DNA of 64,000 bases from Octopus vulgaris (taxonomy: Eukaryota). Positions 26,883 to 41,330 of the stretch are shown piece by piece; the stretch's first letter is position 1, and every line of letters begins with the position of its first letter. The DNA lies in contig OX597824.1 in assembly GCA_951406725.2 (NCBI GenBank), forward strand, positions 33,108,001-33,172,000, in the 5' to 3' direction. Made by a program: the position numbers and the translations under genes. The notes below the pieces were generated by a model that did no database searches, was not told the origin of the DNA, and saw nothing but the letters and a program-made list of their open reading frames with translations.

Positions 26883-27191
26883 TGTGATCACCGTGACTGA
26901 CCAGCTACACATCGCTTGTCACAATGCGCTTCACATTGTTTTAGCCTTCAAATGACGCCACCCCGCTGGCTAAGCGAGCAGGCCAACAGAAGAAAGAGTA
27001 AGAGAAAGTTGTGGCGAAAGAGTACAGCAGGGATCGCCACCAGCACCACCCTGCCGGAGCCTCATGGGGCTTTAGGTGTTTTCGCTCAATAAACACTCAC
27101 AACACCCAGTCTGGGAATCGAATCCGCGATCTTACGGCTGCGAGTCCACTGCCCTAACCACTGGGCCATTGCGCCTCCACACACACACACA

Positions 27192-27227
<36 letters not shown>

Positions 27228-28928
27228 TGTGTCTTTGTATCTGTGTTTGTCTCCCCATCACCACTTGACAGCCAGTGTTGGTGTGCTTACATCTCTGTAA
27301 CTTAGCAGTTCATCAAAAATAACCAATAGAACAAATACTAAGCTTAATAAAAAAGACCGGGGATAGATTTGTATTTATGTATGATGGGCTTCTTTCAGTT
27401 TCCATCTACCAACTCAAAAAGGCTTTCGTCAGTCCGAGGCTATAGTAGATGACACTTGTCAAAGGTGCCACACTGTGAAACTGAACCCAGAACCATGTGG
27501 TTAGGAAGCAAGATTCTTACAATACTGCCACTCCTGTGCCTATGTATGTATGTATATATATCCATGAGCTGGCAGAAACATTAGCATGCCAGGCGAAATG
27601 CTTTGCGGTATTTCGTCCGCCGCTGCGTTCTGAGTTCATATTCCGCTGAGGTCAACTTTGCCTTTCATCCTTTCGGGGTCGATAAATTAAGTACCAGTTA
27701 CGCACTGGGGTTGATGTAATCGACTTAATCCCTTGGTCTGTCCTTGTTTGTCTCCTCTGTGTTTAGCCCCTTGTGGGTAGTAAAGAAATATATATATAAA
27801 GATAAGTCCTAGGGTTGATTTGTTCAACTTAAAAACCTTTCAAAGTGGTGCTCCAGCATGGCTACAGTCAAATGACTGAAACAAGTAAATATATATATAT
27901 ATATTCTAGCAAAAACTGTCTGACGAACGGGAACGTGAAACTCAGAGTAACAGGTTTTGTTGAATTTTCTGCTGCTTTAAATAAAGTATACATATATATA
28001 TATATATATATGGAAAAAAAAGTCAAGATAGAAAATGCTAAAATAATTTTATAAAAAACATTTCAGTATCGGTTTCAGTCATTGAGACTTTTTCAACTGT
28101 AACAATTAAACAATTAAATTTAGAAAACTTAAAAGTAAAGTTTTTTTAAAAGAATATTTGTATAGTGTTCAAATACAAGTGGCCTTTTCCTTGTTTCTGC
28201 CTGTCTCTGTCTCTCTTGTTTAATCTTGTGGGTTCCAGGTCAGGTCATTGTGAATTCTTGGTAGGGAAGAGGAAGAAAAAGAAGAAGGAGGAGGAGGAGA
28301 AGGAGAAGAAGAAAAATGTGGGAGTGCCATGACAGTAGTATTTTGGCACTCCCACATTCTTCTTCTCCTTCTCCTCCTCCTTCTTTTTCTTCTTCATCTT
28401 CTTCCCTACCAAGAATTCACAATGACCTGGAACCCGCAAGAGTAAACAAGAGAGACAGAGACAGGCAGAAACAAGGAAATTGCCACTTGTATTTGAACAC
28501 TATACAAATATTCTTTTAAAAAAAACTTTTCTTTTAATTTTTCTAAATTTAATTGTTTAATTATTACAGTTGAAAAAGTCTCAATGACTGAAACCGGTAC
28601 TGAAATGTTTTTTTATAAAATTATTTTAGCATTTTCTATCTTGACTTTTCTTCCATATATATCCGGCGAGCTGGCAGAACTGTTAGCACGCCGGGCGAAA
28701 TGCGTAGCAGTATTTTGTCTGTCGTTATGTTCTGAGTTCAAATTCTGCCGAGGTTGACTTTGCCTTTCATCCTTTCGGGGTCGATAAATTAAGTACCAGT
28801 TATGCAGTGGGGTCGATATAATCGACTTAATCCCTTTGTCTGTCCTTGTTTGTCCCCTCTATGTTTAGCCCCTTGTGGGTAATAAAGAAACATATATCAA
28901 CTCATGTGTTCCTTTTCATCCTTCTACA

Positions 28929-28967
<39 letters not shown>

Positions 28968-31484
28968 GCACACAAACACACACGCACACACACATATATA
29001 TATAATTGACTTTATTCTCACCATCCCTCCAAGAGTGTGGCTTGGTTCTTGGGCTATAAGCATTTAATCTTTTACTATTTCATACAGGATGTTCCATATA
29101 TTGAAGAAATTCCTGACTGGATTAAGAATGGAACTATAACTTTACAAGGTCAAGCTGAAACAGGACAGAATGGGTAAGTAAATGAGATGATGCACCATTT
29201 ATTTCAGTTTTAAAGACTTTAAAGATTTCTCTTTCTCACAGGCGCAGGAGTGGCTGTGTGGTAAGTAGCTTGCTAACCAACCACAAGGTTCCGGGTTCAG
29301 TCCCACTGCGTGGCACCTTGGGCAAGTGTCTTCTGCTATAGCCCCGGGCCGACCAATGCCTTGTGAGTAGATTTGGTAGACGGAAACTGAAAGAAGCCTG
29401 TCGTATATATGTATATATATATAAGTGTGTGTGTATATGTTTGTGTGTCTGTGTTTGTCCCCCAAGCATTGCTTGACAACCGATGCTGGTGTGTTTACGT
29501 CCCCGTCACTTAGCGGTTCGGCAAAAGACCCGATAGAATAAGTACTGGGCTTACAAAGAATAAGCCCCGGGGTCGATTTGCTCGACTAAAGGCGGTGCTC
29601 CAGCATGGCCGCAGTCAAATTACTGAAACAAGTAAAAGAGTAAAAGAGTATGTCAATTCAAGCTGACTCGTACAATTTCCAGTCTAAATTTACTGCCTTG
29701 TATTTAACTGATATTAAATTTAAATTAGCTTTGCTTGAAACAGAAATAAAGTAATATATAATATTTTTTAAACTCCATAAAAGCTTTCTAAGGTTGAAAC
29801 AATGCAAAATGAAATACAAAAGTGAAGGGGGCACAGGAGTGGCTGTGTGGTAAGTAGCTTGTTTACAAACCACATGGTTCCAGGTTCACTCCCACTGTGT
29901 GGCACCTTGGGCAAGTGTCTTCTACTATAGCCTCGGGCCGACCAAAGCCTTGTGAATGGATTTGGTAGACGGAAACTGAAAGAAGCCCGTTGTATATATA
30001 TATATATATATATATATATGCGTGTGTGTGTTTGTGTGTCTGTGTTTGTCCCCCTAGCATTGCTTGACAACCGATGCTGCTGTGTTTATGTCCCCGTTAC
30101 TTAGCGGTTCGGCAAAAGGGACCGATAGAATAAGTACTGGGCTTCCAAAGTATAAGTCCCGGGGTCGAGTTGCTCGATTAAAGGTGGTGCTCCAGCATGG
30201 CCGCAGTCAAATGACTGAAACAAGTAAAAGAGTAAAAGAGAGAGAGAGAGTAAAGGGAACAGCAGCTGAAGCCTTTTCTTGTATTTCTTTGATATTTTTG
30301 GATTATATATATAATAAACTTATTGTATACAGTGCTCAGGTGCACTACAACTCATCAGATAAGGTAGTCAAAAATGCTTATATAGTACATAGAATAACTC
30401 ACAGAAAGTGAACAGTAAATGAATTGTTTAAAAAACGAAGGTGGAAGGTATCAGGTGTACTTTTGGCAAATTGCAGGAAGCACGGAAGTTTTGAAGGATG
30501 TAGCGTCCTGACATAACAACTGGTAGCAATTCTGGGCACGAAAGAATGTTTCCAAAAGTCACGGGTTCTGTGTTGTTTTTTTCAATTTTGTAAGCATCTC
30601 CATGAGTGTTAGACAAATGGAATTCAAAAAGGTACTGAAGATTGTTGTTGGAAAGCTGGAGGATAATTTTATGGGTGTCTGCCATGTCAGTTGCCAGAGG
30701 AAGGCGGTGAGCTGGCAGAATCGTTAGCACACTGGATGGGATGCTTAGCAGTATTTCGTCTACCATTACGTTCTGAGTTCAAATTCCGCCGAGGTCGACT
30801 TTGCCTATCATCCTTTCGGAGGTCGATAAATTAAGTACCAGTTACGCACTGGGATCGATGTAATTGACTTAATGTCCTTGTTTCTCCTCTCTATGTTTAG
30901 CTCCTTGTGGGCAATAAAGAAATAAAATGTTGGAGCTTTAATGTGTCCATGCCCAGGGAAGCAAGTGTTCATAGGGACCCGTTCATTAGGACACATGAAG
31001 AAATAAGAGACGGTCAAACCTTTTTTTTTTATTGCTACTATTGCCATTTCTCCATGGAAGAAACAACTTCAGTTGATACTAATATTCTAAATCAATTTTC
31101 AGTATCCTCGCTTGGCAATATTTCACCTTAATGTCCTCTTATTTATTTTTTTGTCTTTTAAGGTTTTCTATAAACTTATCAACCGAACCTTGTTTTGAGC
31201 CACTACCAGACACAGCCCTTCATATCAATGTACGATCACAAAACAAAATTATTGTGTTTAACTATTACAAGAGTGGAAAATGGGGCATGGAAGAAAGAGT
31301 CCATGACAAATTTCTCTTGCGGCAAGATTTCTCCTTTGAACTTACGATAATGATAGCTAAATCTGAATTTATGGTTAGTAAACTTTTTCAAAATTTGTTA
31401 TCTTTATTTGTGCAAATGTTTATCTAGGTTGTGAGAATAGTAGAATACAGAGGTGTAAATAACCTGAGAATGTGTGTGTGTGTA

Positions 31485-31515
<31 letters not shown>

Positions 31516-33226
31516 TTGTGTGTGTTTGTGTGTGTTTGTGTGTGTGTGTAGAGAGAGAGAGAGAGAACAAATGGGCTGATATATACTAATACACATACAC
31601 AAAAGCTGGGTTTGTTTGGAGAAATGAAATGATTTTAAAGAAAGATTTCATTGTTATCCCATTTAAGCATATTCAGTTAGATGAATTATAAAGTATATAT
31701 CGTTCGCATTGTTATTATCATCCCCATTGTTTTAATGTCTATCTTTCAATGCTTATATGATGGTGGCTCTTATTTACAATTATCACACTTTATCAAGACT
31801 AGTAGACAAGCAAACACACACACACACACACACACATGCACACACACATCTGTACATGCACGCAACAGGCTTCTTTCAGTTTCTGTCTGCCAAATCTACT
31901 CACAAGGCTTCAATCAGCCCAGGGCTATAGTAGCAGACACTTGCTCAAGGTGCCAATCAGTGGGACTGAACCTAGAATCACATGGTCAGGAAATGAGCTT
32001 CTTAACCATACAGCCATACCTATGTGTAATACATAGCAAGGTGGTGAGCTGGCAGAAAAATTAGTACACTGGGCGAAATGCGTAGCCGTATTTTGTCTGC
32101 CATTACGTTCTGAGTTCAAATTCTGCCAAGGTCAACTTTGCCTTTCATCCTTTCGGGGTCGATAAGTTAAGTACCAGTTACGCACTGGGGTCGATCGAAT
32201 CAACTTAATCCATTTTTCTGTCCTTGTTTGTCCTCCCTGTGCTTAGCTCCTTGTGGGTAGTAAAGAAATTGATATGTGTAATATATAAGTGATTTGTCAA
32301 TGAAAATGATCGATGTTTGTCATTAGACTTTCTAAAGAATGACAATTTTGGTCTTGTAAACAATGTCATTATTAGGAATTTTTCATTATCTTGGGAATAT
32401 TGTTTTAGTTAATTTTTTAAGGACATTCATTAAATAAGAAATAGCGATATAGTATACTGACTACTGCTTTGTTAGTAGTTGAATATATTGAGACTAAGTT
32501 AGGCAAATAAGGGACATTGAAAATGAAAAGAAATAAATAGGTGCAAGCATAGCTGTGTGGTAAAGAAGCTCATTTTGTTACCACATGGTTTCAGGTTCTA
32601 TCCCAATATATAGCAAGATAGCAAGATGAGCAAGTGTTTTCTGCTATAGCCTGGACCAATCAATACATTTTGAATGAATTTGGTAGATGAAAACTATATA
32701 GAAGCCCATTGTATTTATACATTTGAGATCTGATCAAAAAGTATCGGGACTGTTGCTATGGCTATGCAGAGCTGAAGTATGCAGAGTGAAGCCACTTGGC
32801 ACAGATTGACCTTGAACACTGTCGTGCATGCGCACTGAGATATAACATTCTCGCTAATTTCTGTTGTTTATAGTAGTACTTGGAAGTAAAGTGCGATTGT
32901 TTCTAAAACAAAGACCAGGTTTCTGCGGAACAGGATCTCCTTGATTGTGTTGAGGAAGAGCTGTGATATTTTATGTCAAAGACCTTCATACATGGAGTTG
33001 CTAAGTCATTCATCAAATTTTTATATATGTGGAATGTAACAAGCATCACTGTTCTCCAAGTGAACACACACACACGCACACATGCACATGCCTGTATGTA
33101 GATGTATTGTGTTTAAATATATGTTTATATGTATGTATGTGTTTGTATATATGTGTGTGTGTATGTGTGTATACATATATATGTATATATGTATATATAT
33201 ATACATATATATTATATATATGTATG

Positions 33227-33285
<59 letters not shown>

Positions 33286-33496
33286 CTGGTGGCACGTAAC
33301 AAGCACCCACTAAACTCTCGGAGTGGTTGCCATTAGGAAAGGGCATTCAGCTGTAGAAACTTTGCCAGATCAGATTGGACCCTAGTACAGCCTTCTGGCT
33401 AGCCAGTCCTCAGTCAAACAGTCCAACCCATGCCACTATAGAAAACGTTAAATGCCGATGATGATAATGATGACAATGATGATGATGATGATGATG

Positions 33497-33528
<32 letters not shown>

Positions 33529-33633
33529 TTATGAATTTGAGTTGCAAGATTCCTGATTTGAAAACATGTGCTGAAATTGATATTGTTGTATTTTGGGATG
33601 GTCACTTTTTCTTTTGCCTAAAAAACACACACA

Positions 33634-33690
<57 letters not shown>

Positions 33691-34355
33691 CATACATACA
33701 TTAAACGATGATGATGATGATATACATACATACGTTAAACGATGATATATATATATACATACATATATATATAGAGGTTAGAATAACCTCATTAAGGGAT
33801 AGAAAATATCCACCGAATTACTGGTTTGTTACCTATTATTTTGTTGTGAATAGCAATATTCCTAAAATAATAAGTTCAATTATAAATCTTGGTTTATAAA
33901 TATTAAAATTAAAATCCAGAAAATGGAGAAGTAGCATTACTATAATTTATTAACTCCAAAAATTCAGCATGTTCTTTTACAGTTGTTTTGGTTTTGCCCA
34001 AAAGAATTAAATTCTAGTTGATTAAAACATTCTATTGGGCAAACTCTCATCAGAGGAATAAATAAGAAATATCGTAAGGTTATTACATGTTATTATTCCA
34101 AAACATCTCAACAGATTGGAATGTTCCTTATACTTAACATCTAACAACATAATGGTGTATCTTTTTTCTGCCTCTGATGAAATTCTGCTTTAGAAAATGA
34201 TTTAATTATCACAATTACAATTTCTAAGGTATGAATCGAAACAGCTGTAAGAAATTATGTTTGTTTTGCAGTTAATAAATATTCTTCTTCTTCTTCTTCT
34301 TCTTCCCTACCAATAATTCACAACGACCTCAAACCCACACGAGTAAACAAACATA

Positions 34356-34414
<59 letters not shown>

Positions 34415-34509
34415 ATGTATGTATATATGTATATATATATATATATGTGTGTGTGTATATATATGTATATATATGTATATATATATATATGTATATACAT
34501 ATATATGTA

Positions 34510-34550
<41 letters not shown>

Positions 34551-35538
34551 ATATATGTGAGCTGCAGTGGCGACCCGTGTGGGCATTTGTGTAGTACTTG
34601 ATGCCAAAGTTTGGTACCAGTCCTGCCAGTATTTTCTATATGTAAATTATTACATATCTCTCCTGCCTGCACTCCAGGGAGTAGAGACTTAGTGCCTTCA
34701 TCTGCTGGACTCTGGTGATCTTTTTGTATAGTGACGCTGAATTGCCCCGAGTTCTGCTGGTGACCACAACTGAGAGCAATAGTCTAGGTGGCTCAGAACA
34801 AATGTCTTCCATAGAGTCAACATGACTTTTTGATCCCTCGTTCTGAATGTCCTCAGTATCCACCTTGCCAGTTGTTTGCACTTTGCTGTCAACTTGACAA
34901 TGTGCATATGAAATGATGCATCACTACACATGCTGACTGTTTGTGGTTCTGGGATTGCAGTACCTCCAGGTCCTGTGTATGCCAGTTGGGAGGCACTTGT
35001 GTCCTTGTAGCGCAGTACTTGAAATTTTTTAGCATTGAACCGCGTGTTATTTTGCTCTGCCCACTTGTATATAGCATTTAGGTCATTCTGCAGGCTTATG
35101 ACATCATCAGGATTCTTTATTGCCTGAGATAGTTTTTTGTCTTCAGCGTAGCTAGTGACAATGGCTGTCCCAGTGACCGTGGGCATGTCCAGAATGGCTA
35201 CTATGAACAATTGTGGCCCCAGGACAGTTCCTTGTGGAACACTGCTAAATAGTTGCATTTCCCTAGTGACATCTAAATGCATCCTGGTGTCATGCAAATG
35301 GCACCTGTGCCAGTGGCATGTAAAAACACCCAGTACACTCTTGGAGGGGTCGGCATTAGGAAGGGCATCCAGCCATAGAGAACCAGGCCAAATCAGACTG
35401 GAGCCTGGTGTTAGCCCAGTCAAACTGTCCAATCCATGCCAGCACGGACAACAGACGTTAAATGTTGATGATGATGATATTATACACACACACACGTATA
35501 AATATATTACATATAATATAATTATATATATGTGTGTG

Positions 35539-35596
<58 letters not shown>

Positions 35597-38586
35597 ATAT
35601 TACATGTAAATATATTGTGTGTGTGTGTTTATATATATATGTATATGTATGTATGTATATATATATATGTTATACATATAACATATTATATATTATATAC
35701 AGGGTGTGTAAGGTATTTGAGGACATACCTTTTTTGGGTCATTGCTGCAGTTTTTGCTAACTCTGTATAATCTTTGTTTCTGAAAATAATAATGGCAGAC
35801 CCTCGGCTTACTCAAGAAATGAAGAGGCATACTGCTATTGTGGCTATAAAGGCTGAGCATTGTGATTTAGAAATATCTCGATTTTTAAAAATGTCCTCTT
35901 CTTTCATCTACAAAGTTTGTAAGGAGCTAGAGACTGAAGATGGAAATGTATCACCAATATCAAAACATAAAAAGCATTCTAAACACTCTGAAATCATCAG
36001 AACGCCTGAATTAATCCAGCAAGTTCAACAAACTATTGATTACAATCCCAGAAAGATTTCCATGTGTCAGAAGGAACAGTCGGAAATGTTGTCCACGAAG
36101 ATATCAGATATAAGTCTTATATGACGAGGAAAGGTTAATTTGTCAGAAAATGCAAAAGAAAACCACTATATCAGATCTAAAAGGTTCTTAAACAAACTGA
36201 AAAATCCAGCAGAAGAAGATTTAATTTGGTGTTTCTCAAACAAGAAAAACTTCGACCAAGATCAAAAAGTTAAAAGAAATGACAGATGGTTATGTGCAGA
36301 CCCTTCTGAAGTTCCAAGTGTTAAGTATACAAAATTTCCTGCAACTGTCATAATTTTAGGGGTTGTCAGCTATGAAGGACATGTAATGCCTCCTTACTTC
36401 TTTCCACAAGGCCTTAGAGTTAACTCTGTCATATACATTGAGGTCCTGGAAATAACTGTTAATCTCTGGATAGACAGTGTATGCAATGGAAGGCCATATG
36501 TGTTTCAGTAAGACTCCACACTATCATATATGTCTCTAGTAAGACAGGAATGGATGGCTGAAAATTTTCATGATCATATAACCCCTAACATTTGGCCTCC
36601 TAATTCCCCTGATCTCAATCCATTGGACTATTACATGTAGTACATTGTTGAGAGAGAGGTCAATGAACATGCCCGTAACACCAAAGATTCTTTGAAAGCT
36701 GCTATAGTCAGAGTAATGTCCAAAATGAACCAAGACCACCTGATTTGAGCATGTAGATGATTTAGATCTTGTATAGAAGCAGTTGTTGAAGCTGAAGGTG
36801 GCTTTATTGAATAACATTATAGAAAAGGTTTATTTTTATCCTCATAGCATTTTTTGATAAAGTTTTTATCTGTTATTATGTATGTTTTTTTTTATAAACA
36901 TAAATCTGTCCTCAAATATCTTACACACCCTGTATATATTACATATAAATATATCGTATGTGTGTACAAATACACACACAGCTATTTTTATATACTGTTT
37001 CCAGCTACCAAATTCTACTCAATGACAATGGGCAATCTGAGGTTACAGTGTAACCTTTTGCTAAAAGGGTCATGTCATTGCAAAGTGACCATGTCATTGC
37101 AAAATTACCCTCTTAATTACACAGATATGCTTCCACCTATATATAGCAATTTTCAAAAATGTAATTAAATTGGCATCTTCTGTCATTTTTTCTGCCATTA
37201 TTTCAAAATACTTAGTGGCATTTTGTCTGTCTTTATATTCCAATTTCAAATTCTACCAAGGTGGACTTTACCTGTCATCCTTTTGGGGGGGTCAATGAAA
37301 TAAGTATCTGTTGTGCACTAGGGTCGATGTAAACAACTAGCCCCTTCAAGGGATATCTTTTGACATAGTAGGTTGTCGTAAAAGATAAGAACGATCAATG
37401 ATGTTTTCACTGTTAAATTTATATTATTAAAAGACACAGGTATGGCTTTGTGGGTTGTCCAAAGCCTTGTGAATAGATTTGGTAGACGGAAACTGAAAAG
37501 AAGCCCATTGTGTGTGTGTGTATGTGTGTGTATGTGTGCATGTGTGTTCTTTGTGTCTCTGTTCAGTTGTCCTCCACCACAACTAGACAACTGGTACTGG
37601 TGTGTTTACATCTCTGTAACTTATCGGTTCTGCAAAAGAAACTGACAGAAAAAGCACCAGGCTTTAAAAAACAAGTACTACGGTCAATACATACAACTAG
37701 AAATTCGCCTTCAAGGCAGTGCCCCAGCATGGCCATAGTCCAATGACTGAAACAAGTAAAAGATAAAAATACAAGATAGAAGATAAATGAATTAATAGTT
37801 TCTTTTTTTTCTTCTCTTTCAGATTTTCTTCCATAACGTCTATCATTTAAGTTTGCCTCACAGAATGGATTATAATAGTGCAAAGTTTCTTGTCATTAGA
37901 GGTTCTGTTCAAATGCAACAAGTTCGAATTGATGGTTCTGTAAGTACTGATGAAGCTCTCATTATTACAATAGTTTTATATCTACTTCATGAAGTGCATG
38001 GCTTAGTGTTTACGGTATTCAGCTCATGATCGTAAGGTGGTGAGTTCAATTTCTGGCAACACGCTGTGTCCTCAAGCAAGACACTTTATTTCACACTGTT
38101 CCAGTCCTCTCACCTAACAAAAATAAATTGTACCTGTATTTCCGAAGAACCAGCCTTGTCACACTCTATGTCATACTGAATCCCTCTGAGAACTATGTCG
38201 AGAGTACACATGTCTGTGGAGTTCTCAGCCACATGCATGTTAATTTTGTGAGCAGGCTGTTCCATTGATCAGATCAACTGGGGCCCTCATTATCATAACC
38301 AGTATATCTACTACAGAAGCTGGGGATCTCTTTTAGATGTGAAAATCATTTAAAGCTGATTGTTGATATTTTGTCCCTTACTTTGTGATTCATCAGTAGT
38401 GCTTCGATGGAACAGCTAGATCCCCTTTGTTAGTATATATAAGTGTACTTTTCATGCTGCTTTAAGGGTTTTCACTCTTATTTCTTGCAATATAGGTGCT
38501 CCCAGCATCCTCAGTTACAATTAGCGATGATTGTCGTATATATATATATATATATATATACGACAATCATCGCTAATTGTAACTGA

Positions 38587-38682
<96 letters not shown>

Positions 38683-41290
38683 ATATATATATGTATGTAT
38701 ATATATATATATATATGCTAGCATGGAAAGCGGACGCTAAACGATGATGATGATGATGATGATATATATATATATATATGTGTGTATATACATGTTTATA
38801 TATATGTATATATATATGTATGAGTGTGTATATCTTTGTGTGTCTGTGTTTGTCCCCGCAACATCGCTTGACAACCGATGCTGGTGTGTTTACGTCCCCG
38901 TAACTTAGCGGTTCGGCAAAATAGACCGATGGAATAAGTACTAGGCTTACAAAGAATAAGTCCTGGGGTCAATTTGCTCGGCTAAAGGTGGTGCTCCAGC
39001 ATGGCCACAATCAAATGACTGAAACAAGTAAAAGAATAAAAGAATATTAAATTTTTCCTATATAGTTTTATATTGCACTGAGCTGCTTTTATCAATATTG
39101 AGTATACACATTGGCATTTCACCAAGTCAGCCATAAATTTATATACCAAATATATATACTGACTGTGGGATCTTACTGTTCCATTGAAGCAATGGAGTGA
39201 CACTGTTAATGGGTCCCAAAGTAAGCGACGAAACCAGTCCACTGTTTTTAGCTTTGCTCATGGGGCAGTTGTCTCCCATGGCAATATATATAAATGTACT
39301 TTTCATGCAGCTTTAAGGGTTTTAAGTCTTATTTGACAGGATCTGTCTAACCTAAAGACTCTGTTGGTGTCCATTAATTTAGTGAGAGAATTCTACAGTT
39401 GCATGCCTTTCCTGACACCAACCTTTTACAGAGTATACTATGTGCTTTTTTGTGGCACCAGCGTTTGGAGTGCCACCAAGTAAAACACCAGACAGAACCC
39501 CTTCACTGAATGGATATGCAAGACAAGATCATAAATAGAACCACAATTCAAGTTAGCTGTATTTGCCCCCCCCCTCAACATAAGATTGATGATCTTTTAT
39601 TATAGTAAGAATAATAATCTTAAGAACACCCCTTTATAGACCTTGTAATTGTAGATCCCTTGAGAACTGTCCTCTGAACAATGTGCCTGGAAAAAGAACT
39701 GGTATATAAAACTAACATCACTGACATGGACAGGACCATAAAATCTTATATAAGAATGGCTATAAATACTTTCAAGGAAAGATATATGCAACACTTGGCT
39801 TTCTTAACATATAAGAACAAAAGACAAGCTACATCTTTAGTCAATATGGTATGGAACCTTAAAGGCAGGAGCATGGACAACTGGAGCATCATAGTTAAGG
39901 CTGAAAACTATAAAGGATGAAACAGCAGATGCAATTTCTATATAACATCAATAGTGGTCCTTTTGAACATTAGGGAAAACAACTTCTCCCATTACATACA
40001 CAAACAACAATTTAAGCTATGAAATTTGAAGCATGGCCCCTCATCCACTTCGCCACTTATCCAACCAGGGCAAATTTTGAAAGACACATACTACCAGGAA
40101 TTCATACTGAAATTCTAAACTGCACAGATATGCATAACATAAACATAACACATACTCTTTTACCCTTTTACTTGTTTCAGTCATTTGACTGCGGCCAAGC
40201 TGGAGTAACTCGACCCCGGGACTTATTCTTTTGTAAGCCCAGTACTTATTCTATCGGTCTCTTTTGCCGAACTGCTAAGTAACGGGGACATAAACACACC
40301 AGCATCGGTTGTCAAGCAATGCTAGGGGGACAAACACAGACACACAAACACACACACGCATATATACGACGGGCTTCTTTCAGTTTCCGTCTACCAAATC
40401 CACTCACAAGGCTTTGGTCAGCCCGAGACTATAGTAGAAGACACTTGCCCAAGATGCCATGCAGTAGGACTGAACCCAGAACCATGTGGTTAGTAAACAA
40501 GCTACTTACCACACAGCCACTCCTGTGCCTATTCAAGATATCACATAATTTACAAAGGATATTTTTATGAACTTACAACTGCATGATCTAATTTACATTC
40601 AAAACCTGTGGAAATCTCATAAATGATAACATACACATACATATACATCTAGAAAATGTGTGCTGGGTGCATTAGTATAAATTCATATATATTTATAAAT
40701 ATGAGTATGCATGAACATTACCCCATAATATAATTAATGTATATTTGCCACCTAAATGTGATTAACCCTTAAGGGTCTATGCTACCGTAGCTTGTAGCCC
40801 CAGGAAGACATCTCCTCCAGCTGGCTATTGACACACTATTTGTGCCTTATCAGTATTTGCAAAAGGAAGTCATTGTTCCCATCTCCAGCCTGACATGATA
40901 CACACAGATCCGGGACTTTGATGCCAAACTGTTTGGACAAAAGAATTGTCAGAATTAGGGTGGGAATAATCCCACTGTCAATAGACCCAGAGTGGATAAT
41001 AGCTGCAATTTTTTATTTGGAGACGAGGAAGAAAAGTGAAGACATGACGATGGGCATGATAAGCCAAACCCAACAAGTGAAGTGTTGGGGCTATGGATTA
41101 GAGATAATTTGCGTATATACGTATATACGACAGGCTTCTTTCAGTTTACATCTACCAAATCCACTCACAAGACTTTGGTCGGCCCGAGGCTATAGTAGAA
41201 GACACTTGCCCAAAGTGCCATGCAGTGGGAATGAACCCATAACCATATGGTTGGTAAGCAAGCTACTTACAACACAGCCACTCCTGCACC

Positions 41291-41330
<40 letters not shown>

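Noticed and set aside
27105-27180. tRNA gene-like sequences (also SINE A heads, ~13008, ~22995, ~37990)
   Set aside because: They have A/B boxes but continue into repeated SINE bodies, and I could not fold convincing cloverleaves.
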